39,234 nt of DNA. Origin: Chrysochromulina tobinii (Eukaryota). How positions within the stretch are numbered: the stretch's first letter is position 1; each line of letters starts with the position of its first letter. The stretch covers positions 1-39,234 of the forward strand of contig JWZX01002561.1 of the NCBI GenBank assembly GCA_001275005.1. The letters are read 5' to 3'. A model generated the notes under the pieces. That model was not told where the DNA came from. It was given only the letters and a program-made list of their open reading frames with translations, and did not search any database. Of the stretch, positions 29,705 to 37,242 are shown in pieces. The position numbers were made by a program, and so were the translations under genes.

Positions 29705-32320
29705 ATGCTAAGAGTAGTAAAGGACCCAGGCATCGACATGCCACGGGTACCCTCGGACGACAAGATATCCCCACACACCAAAAGTCGGCGCCACGCGGAG
29801 AAGCTGGACAAGTTCGTGAAACGCCACGGTGTCGAGGGCGCCGCAGCCCTTCAGGCAGAGACCGAGAGGATGGCAGCGATGATCAAGGCACATGAGCAGA
29901 GGACGAAAGTCACGAGCTGGGTGATGACGCCCGGCAAATCCGCATTTCTGGCCTTCTGGGACTTCCCGTCCTCAGTCGCCCTCTTGTACACGCTGAGCAT
30001 CAGCCCGTTTGAGGCGGGCTTCGTCGAGACGACCGTCGGCGCAGCCGCCTGGAGGGACCCGTACTTCATTGCGAATCGCGCCATCGATCTCGTCTTCTTG
30101 TTTGATATGATCCTGCAGTTCTTCATCGCCGTCGAGAACCAAAGCTTGGATATTGCCGGTGAGACTCTCTGGGTCACGTCCCCACGAAAGATTGCCAAAC
30201 GGTACTTGATGTCGTGGTTCCTGCTCGACGCCGCCACGCTCTTCGTGCCCGCGTACTTTGACATTGCGACCGCGACGGGCGAGATGGGAGACGATGCGCC
30301 TGACCCCTCGGCGCTTCGCGCCCTGCGCGTGGTTCGCTTGACCAAGCTCGTGCGCCTTGTGCGCGCCTCGCGTATATACAAGCGCTTGCTTTCCAAGATC
30401 ACCCTCTCCTCAGCCCAGTTGACGGTGCTCACCTGCGTGACGTTGCTCCTGGTCGGCGCCCACCTTTACGCGAGCATCCTCGGCATCTGTACGGCGATGC
30501 ACTCGAACAAGCAGGACACGTGGCTCGGCGATGCCAAATATGGCTACTGCAAGGACGATGCTTGCCAAGTGAGCACCCCTACTCTCTACCTTGCGTCGTT
30601 CATGTGGGCCGTCATGATCATCACGGGCACGGGCGGCACCGACTTCTACCCGAGCGAGTCTTCGGAAGCCGAGACGATGCTCGTGCTGGTCTTGATGCTT
30701 GTAGGAGCGTTGCTCTGGACGTACCTGCTTGCCCTCTTCTGCGACATGGCAACCAACGGTGAGCCGGGCATGACGCACTTCAAGCAGTTGCTCGACTCCC
30801 TCAACCGGCACGCGAACGCGCACCAGCTGCCCAAAGAGATGGCGCGCCGGATCCGCGAGTACATGTACCAGCAGCAGCCCTCACAGCTGTCCAAGTACAA
30901 CGAGGGTGTCATCTCGTGCTTGTCGGCCGGCCTCCAGTGCGAGATCCTTCTCTACGTGAACCGGCCTTGGCTCCAGAAGGTCTGGTTCTTCCAAAACCTC
31001 GAGCCCGCGTGCTTGGCGCGGCTGACGCGCGAGATGTCGGCGCTCACGTTCGCCCCGAGCGAGATCGCGCCGCTCCAAAACCTGTACGTGGTCTGTCGTG
31101 GGATGGTGCTTTACGGGAGCTTGATCTTGCGCAGCGGCGCAGTCTGGGGGGATGACGTCATCCTGACCGAGCCTCGTTACTTCTCGAAGCGACACGCGCG
31201 CGCGATCTCGTACGTGGACACGATGATGCTCAACCGTGACACGCTCACGCAGGTGATCGTCCTCTTCCCCGCCTCCAAGGCACGGCTGCGGCTGATGATG
31301 ATCAAGCTCGCGCTTCGTCGGCACATCGTTGAAGCCGCGCGCTGCCAATGCACGAACGCTGGCGACCTGTTCAGGCATGCCGCCCCGGGTGGCACCGATG
31401 GTATCTCATTCTTCAGCCGACTGGACAAGGATCGTGATATGGCCCAACGGTCAGATGCGATCATCGGCACCCCGAAGAGCAAACGCCAGCAGAAGCGATG
31501 GGACAAGCAGAAGGCGTGGCTCACGGAGAAGAAACGTGACGAGGAGGCATTCGATGGCACCCGCACGACGATCTTGATGGCGAACCAGATTCCACAGACG
31601 CAGTGGCGCGACGCTGGCGATGCGCCTCTCGAGGACGACAAGCACGCGTGCATCATGTTCGCGATGGACGAGCTCAGTCAGAAGCTGATCAGCATGCAGA
31701 AACAGCACAGTGCGGACATGCAGCGCCTGTATCGGCATGTGCAGGGCCTCGTCGGCGGTGCTGGTGCAGCAGCAGGGTCGCAAGCGCTTCCCACTGGCGC
31801 GGAGGCGCGCCGTACCCAGGCGCAGGGCGGCAGTCCTTACAACCCGTCGAAGAGCCCATCGGCGCAACGTTGGGTCTGCCCCGACGGCATGGACAAGCCA
31901 AGCCAAGTACTCTGGGACGACCGTCCTGCTCTGGGGCCGAGCAGCAAGTACTCTGGGACCGACAAGGATCGATTCCCCGACTCAGGCCCGCCGACGCCGC
32001 GGATGGGTTCCGGGCCTCCGCGGCGTGCGACCTCAGGCTTCGAGCACAAGCGGCTCGGGTCGCCTGACCTAAGCGGCAAGAGCAAGAGCGAATCTTTTGA
32101 TCGTCCCCTAGCTAAGCGCGTCCCCGTCGCCGCCATTGCCACCACCGGAACCGGGAGCAACGGAGGCGCCGTCGTGGCACCGTTGGGCCTATCGCAGTCT
32201 GTGGAGTCGACTGCATCCTTAGCGAATCATGTGCAGTCTGCACAGCGCGCCTGGCTGCAGCGCTTCGGAAGGCCCCCAGGGTCGCCGCGGAATGACATCG
32301 TCACAGATATGCGCATATGA
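29705..32320 (+). CDS. Voltage-gated cation channel with C-linker and cyclic-nucleotide-binding-homology domain (KCNH/HCN/CNG superfamily), 871 aa, intronless
   Basis: Six TM segments, IAKRYL.SWFLLD, S4 LRALRVVRLTKLVRLVRASR, pore helix YLASFMWAVM, C-linker LPKEMARRIREY and CNBD-like FAPSE...LYVV.RG.V...WGDD...ARAISY. Confidence 0.9.
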   Translation: MLRVVKDPGIDMPRVPSDDKISPHTKSRRHAEKLDKFVKRHGVEGAAALQAETERMAAMIKAHEQRTKVTSWVMTPGKSAFLAFWDFPSSVALLYTLSISPFEAGFVETTVGAAAWRDPYFIANRAIDLVFLFDMILQFFIAVENQSLDIAGETLWVTSPRKIAKRYLMSWFLLDAATLFVPAYFDIATATGEMGDDAPDPSALRALRVVRLTKLVRLVRASRIYKRLLSKITLSSAQLTVLTCVTLLLVGAHLYASILGICTAMHSNKQDTWLGDAKYGYCKDDACQVSTPTLYLASFMWAVMIITGTGGTDFYPSESSEAETMLVLVLMLVGALLWTYLLALFCDMATNGEPGMTHFKQLLDSLNRHANAHQLPKEMARRIREYMYQQQPSQLSKYNEGVISCLSAGLQCEILLYVNRPWLQKVWFFQNLEPACLARLTREMSALTFAPSEIAPLQNLYVVCRGMVLYGSLILRSGAVWGDDVILTEPRYFSKRHARAISYVDTMMLNRDTLTQVIVLFPASKARLRLMMIKLALRRHIVEAARCQCTNAGDLFRHAAPGGTDGISFFSRLDKDRDMAQRSDAIIGTPKSKRQQKRWDKQKAWLTEKKRDEEAFDGTRTTILMANQIPQTQWRDAGDAPLEDDKHACIMFAMDELSQKLISMQKQHSADMQRLYRHVQGLVGGAGAAAGSQALPTGAEARRTQAQGGSPYNPSKSPSAQRWVCPDGMDKPSQVLWDDRPALGPSSKYSGTDKDRFPDSGPPTPRMGSGPPRRATSGFEHKRLGSPDLSGKSKSESFDRPLAKRVPVAAIATTGTGSNGGAVVAPLGLSQSVESTASLANHVQSAQRAWLQRFGRPPGSPRNDIVTDMRI

Positions 32321-32977
32321 GACCTCGCGCGCAGCATGGTGTACGCTCTTCGCTGCGAGGCTGCTCTGGGACCCACTCGACTGAGCTGTAGCCGACTTGC
32401 CGCGGATTGCTGCTGGGGGCTTCTGGGGGCGACCGACCGTTGGGCGATAGACTGAACGAGCTGTGGTTACGAAAGGGGGCTACGGTGCTCCTTGCCCTCT
32501 GCAAGCGCGCGAGGTGATACAGCTGGCGATGCGGGCTACCATGTCTTGATGGAATTCCATTCGTGTGGGTCTACGGACAGAAGGTCTACGGATGAGTGTG
32601 CGAGCGACTGCGCCTCACTCCGAGCGGTTTCTGAGCGGTCGTGCGTCGAGCACAGGGCAGGTAGCCGGGCAGGCACACTGACACACGTGCACGCCCCTGT
32701 CGTGGACGCACGGATTCGTGTCAGTCATGATGTATGATGAGCAGATGAGCTCAACGTTCATGCGGGCGATCGAGAGCGAATTTTGTAGTTTATGTGGAGG
32801 TGTTGACCGTCGGGACATGCATGATCCGTGGCAGCGTGGTGTTCTTATGGCGCAAATGTGGTTTAAAGCTGTTCACAGGACACCGTTCACAGATCTTGAC
32901 ATGTCTTGATCGCTGAAACTGGTCGCCTCCGACACGCGCGGCGGATCGCGAATCGCACGCAACGCACGACGACCACG

Positions 32978-34926
32978 ATGCCGCTGGCGGCAGCAGACCT
33001 GGAGAAGGTGCAGTCCCTCGCGCTTGCCCTACGGAGTCTATCAAGCATCGCACAAAGCTCCACACTCGCATACCCTCGTGTTCGGCCGGGCTGGCCCAGG
33101 GGTGCGGTGGGCACAGAATGGAAATGCCCATGGAATTTTGGCCACTCGCAGTGTGCCATGCTGTTCCTCGCACATGGCCTGCCCCTGTCTGCTGAGTCGG
33201 AGGCTGCCATACAATGGGCGATGCAGCTGAAGCAGAGGCTGAAGAGCGCAATCCTAAATTACAGCTTGGAACATTGGCCATCTGCATGTGCGCATGGGCG
33301 CTGGAGGGCCGAACCTGATTGAGAGCCCTTGCGCATGTGCACTCGCCCTTCCTGACTCGCGTCTGCTTGGGCCGTGAGGAATCCAGGGCGGGCGTACAAC
33401 CCAGCTGGCATTGACGAGGACCACCTCCTCATGCGCGTGGACCCGCTGGATGACGGTTACGTGTTGCCAAGGTTTCACCACTTTGTGTGGTTCGAGCGTG
33501 GCCAGCTCGCCGGCTCCCACAGCGGCTGCGACGCGCGCGGGATCTGGCTGGACCAGTACACCCTCCTTGCCGTGTACAATGAGATGACGATCTTCCCACA
33601 TTACAAGCAGGGAGACCCCCTCTACCCTGGCTCCGGCAACAATCGGGTGCACATGTACGCGCTGAACCTGAGCGCCGGCAAGCACACCCGACCAATCCAG
33701 CTGAAGCTCGTGGGCCTACCGTCCCAAGTTTGGGAGAAGAACTGGGCTCCGTTCGTGCACAATGGCGAGCTGTTCATGAGCTACAAGCTCCGGCCGCAAC
33801 ACCTCGTCCTCCGCTGCAAGTTGAGTGCCGTAGTACCGGGCGCAGCGCCCCCCGAGGTACCGCAAGGCCCTGGGGATTGTCGCGTGGCGCATGCAAGTGC
33901 TCACCACGGCGCGTCCTCCCCTTTCCCCACAGGTGCCGCAAGGCCCTGGGGATTGTAGCGTGGCGTTCAACACGACGAGCCCCGACACGATGTGGGCGCA
34001 GGCCGTCGACCACATCGTGTCGAACGTGCGCTTGTCGACGCCGCCGATGCTCGTCGATGGACGTTTCATCGCGGTCATGCACTACGAGCCCATACTTGGC
34101 ATGTACGAACACTCTTGATTGCATCTGATTGCATCTGATTGCCTGCATCTTCAGCCTCGCGAGCTCGCACTCCGAGCCCATACTTGGCACTCACGAGCAC
34201 TCTTGATGGCCACACTGATGAGGTCTGATTGCCTCCATCATCAGGTACGAGCACGCCTTCTACGAGATGCAAGCCGAGCCGCCCTTCGCCATCCTTCGCA
34301 CCTCGAGACCGTTTCGGCTCTCGGACGCGGGCCTCGCCGTGCCCAAAGTTGCACGCCAGAACGGCGCGACCTTTGAACGTGATAAGGGCGTTCAGTACAT
34401 CGTCGGGCTCCACCTCGAGAGGAATTCGTCAAACGACGGCGCTCAGCACGGCGCGAGCGGCGGCCGTCACGATAGCCGACGCGTCACGATGACGTACGGC
34501 TTGATGAACCACTATAGTATGAAGACCTCCATCCAGCTGGGTACCATCTACCGTATGCTCGCCGACAGTGAGGCCGACCCCGCCCGGTACCGCTCCTGCT
34601 TGGTCTCGACGAGGGGCGATGGGCAGTGCCGTGAATCCAATTGCCGAAGCCCCGACACACCGTCCAAGTTTGTGAATCCGCATGCGCCGGAGCGCGGGGT
34701 GAGCCAGTTCGTGAGCCCGCACAGAGGGGGCCACCCGATCACACCCGAAGACGTCAAGCTGGCCATCTGCCCGAACCTGTGCACGAAGTACAATTACGAG
34801 TGCAATGATGTCAAGAGCATGCAGCGCGCTCTGAAGCTGGATCGGTCCGAGGGGGGCACCGAGGTGGCTTTCTACAGCCATGCCGCCACTCAGTTTGAGA
34901 GGTTGCTCGCGGGCGACCAGGGATGA
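32978..34926 (+). CDS. Beta-propeller glycosyltransferase/hydrolase-like protein (beta-1,2-mannosyltransferase GT91-like motifs); 3 inferred introns
   Basis: YNP, DAR, WEKNWAPF..NGEL..SY.L.P.HLVL and spliced MYEHAFYEMQAEPPFAILRTS. Introns 33857-33932 and 34103-34244 are well supported; intron 33288-33386 and the start at 32978 are less certain. Confidence 0.62.
33889..33932 (+). mobile_element. Intron 3'-end cassette, family A, copy 5
   Basis: gcatgcaagtgctcaccacggcg...ttccccacag bracketed by a 33-nt duplication (33857-33889 vs 33933-33965, 2 mismatches). Confidence 0.65.
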
Positions 34927-35164
34927 TAGTCTCTGCCATCGAGCAAGAGCGCGCGATGCAATTCGAGGGTTGGCGATGAGTGTGCTTGCGCGTGCGTCCG
35001 CGAGTCCTGGTGCCGGCCTGGACGTCCGTGTATGTGAACCGCGTGTGTCCCGAGGCGTTCATTCACATCTTCATACTTCTGCGCCGTGCTGTTCACAGCC
35101 AACAGCTCAGCTTGCGAGCTCCCGCGAGCTCCGCAGCCCTCCGACCTTCGCAGTGAAGCCGTGG

Positions 35165-36091
35165 ATGGGCGGCAAGAGTAAAAAGGGTGGCAAAAAGGAC
35201 GGGGCGTCGCCGGCGCTGGACGAGGACGCGCTGCTTGACGCGGCCATCGCCGAAAACCTAGCACTCAAAGCGAAGGCGGAATCGGAGGCGAAGCTCATGG
35301 AGGTCGTGAAGAAGGAGGTGAAGGAGGCGAAGAAGAAGAAGAGTCTGCGCGTGCTGCAGATGTCGGAGACCATGGCGAAGCTCGATCGCGTCATGGTCTT
35401 CCACATCACGCGGACGCTGCCCGACGGCAATAAGGACGTCGTCGTCGTCGAGAACACGCTCATCTTTTACGTGGACGCTGCGGATGTACAAGCTGACCTG
35501 GAGGAGCTCAAGGCAGCCGACCCGTCACTCCCGCTGAGCATCGAGCACGTGCCGCTGGGGAAGGCGTTTGCGCTCGTGCAGGGGCTCCAGGGCCTCACCG
35601 GCCCGCCCGGCGTCAAGCGACACCTGCAGTTCTCGCGCGCCGTCGTGAAAGCCGAGGGCGAGCGGGGCATCCCACCCGAGTTGCGCGAGCAGATGCGAAG
35701 TGGCGGGCCGATGCCCATGTTCTACAGCGAGAAGATCGAGCTGCCCGGTGTGACACCCATCTTCTTCACGCGCGACGACCTGCTCAAATTCTGGGAGGGC
35801 AGCCTGCTTGCGGGCGCACCGCACGCCGCCAAAGCGCCTCCGGTGACGGTCACTGACCTGCGCTACGTCGTGGCGCGCACCCTCCAGGAGGCCGGCGACT
35901 GGGAGGCGCTGTTCTTCGTGCCGCCGAGCCGCTCAGCCGAGCTCTCCACCGCCGTGCGCGACGCTGCTCTACGAGAGGCCGAAATGGCGCGCGGCTTCGA
36001 GAGCGGCGCACAACGGCTACAGGCCGTGATGCATGCCGAGCGTGTGGCGAGCGGCGAGGAGCCGCCGCCGCTCACGGCCGCCGCGAGCTGA
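35165..36091 (+). CDS. Tic22-like protein (308 aa)
   Basis: KLDRVMVFHIT, VPLGKAF, MPMF, PIFFTRDDL, VTVTDL..VV and W..LFFVPP follow the Tic22-family motif order; Lys-rich N-terminus. Confidence 0.62.
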   Translation: MGGKSKKGGKKDGASPALDEDALLDAAIAENLALKAKAESEAKLMEVVKKEVKEAKKKKSLRVLQMSETMAKLDRVMVFHITRTLPDGNKDVVVVENTLIFYVDAADVQADLEELKAADPSLPLSIEHVPLGKAFALVQGLQGLTGPPGVKRHLQFSRAVVKAEGERGIPPELREQMRSGGPMPMFYSEKIELPGVTPIFFTRDDLLKFWEGSLLAGAPHAAKAPPVTVTDLRYVVARTLQEAGDWEALFFVPPSRSAELSTAVRDAALREAEMARGFESGAQRLQAVMHAERVASGEEPPPLTAAAS

Positions 36092-36547
36092 GCAGCACGG
36101 GCGGCGATGGCGCGCGGAGGCGCAGCGGCGACTGGCCCTCGGTGTGAATCTTCTGACAGTCTCACGTTTTCGCGTCCGACACATCGCCACATCTGAGAGT
36201 TTGTTAGACTCTCCCTCTCGCCCCAGGACTCTCCCGACAGCAGCGGCCACGTTCCAGCTTCCACCTCGTGATCGTGTTTAAATGCACGTCACGTTACATA
36301 GTACGGTAGAGAATTTTCATTCTCGGAGCTTTCTAACAGCTCTTTACTCGTAAATTACGTTAGTATCCGCACACGACCGTTCGCACGAATTCAAATTTCA
36401 ATGGGAATCCTGCCACTTCTGTGTACGCGGTTATGGCTTATGCGCTTCCTTACTTTTACTGGAGGGGGCACTCGCCCATGCACTCGCCACGCATTATTGG
36501 AGAGGCTTCGTTGCCACCGACGTCCGGCACAGCACTTGAGTATGGAC

Positions 36548-36704
36548 TATGGATATTGGAGGGGCTTGCCCCGTCGCACTAATGTATCAGTGGTATGGAG
36601 ACAGGCTTGCCACACGTCGCACTATGGATTGGCGAGGGGCTCCTTGCCACGTCGCACTACAGTACATGTATGGAGATTGGAGGGGCTTGCCACGTCGCAC
36701 TACA
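36548..36704. repeat. Degenerate tandem repeat (ggagggg-cttgccacgtcgcacta), ~4 copies
   Basis: cttgcc(a/c)(ca)cgtcgcacta recurs four times with variable spacers; weaker relatives lie upstream from 36459. Confidence 0.75.
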
Positions 36705-36783
36705 GGTCTACAGCCGGAGGAACGCTCCCTAATTAGGAACGCTCCCTGCCCTCCCCCCACCACCCAACCGGCCGTTACCGCTA

Positions 36784-36885
36784 TGACCCTTCCAGTTGGC
36801 CAGATTCGAGGAGATTCATCCGAGGAGACCATTCCAGCTGTGACCCTTCCAGCTGGCCAGATTCGAGGAGATTCATTCGAGGAGA
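36784..36885. repeat. 45-bp direct repeat at 57-bp spacing
   Basis: tgacccttccag[t/c]tggccagattcgaggagattcat[c/t]cgaggaga at 36784 and 36841. Confidence 0.88.
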
Positions 36886-37242
36886 ATCGAGGGGCCCTGA
36901 TGGTGGAGCTTGCACAGCTGTGCACAGCACCCCATCTTGAATTCTTAATCTCCTCCTTAGATTGGGTCAGCAGGGCACCGCGTCGGGCCCCTCGCATTAC
37001 GGCACCCACATCTTGTCTGCGCCCTGCGGCGTACCCACCGGGCAATGGCCGCAAAAGAAGTCCTACCCCTGCCGCGGCGGCGCGGCTTCGTCAAAATGTT
37101 TCTACGCCATTGGGGCGACTAGGCAGCAGCCACCTCAGCTGCCTCCGTTGCTGGGAGCGTTGCCATAGCGGCCGACGCCCTGGGCAGCGTCGTGTTGGGC
37201 AGCGGCGGTTTCGAGGGCAGCGGCGAAGGCAGCGGCGTGGGG

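Noticed and set aside
32718..32909. Short ORF upstream of the GT91-like gene
   Set aside because: Atypical codon usage, no motif, and no confident splice link to the downstream exons
36548..36704. Repeat-spacer pattern resembling a CRISPR array
   Set aside because: Repeats are degenerate, spacers irregular and partly similar to each other, no cas genes, eukaryotic context
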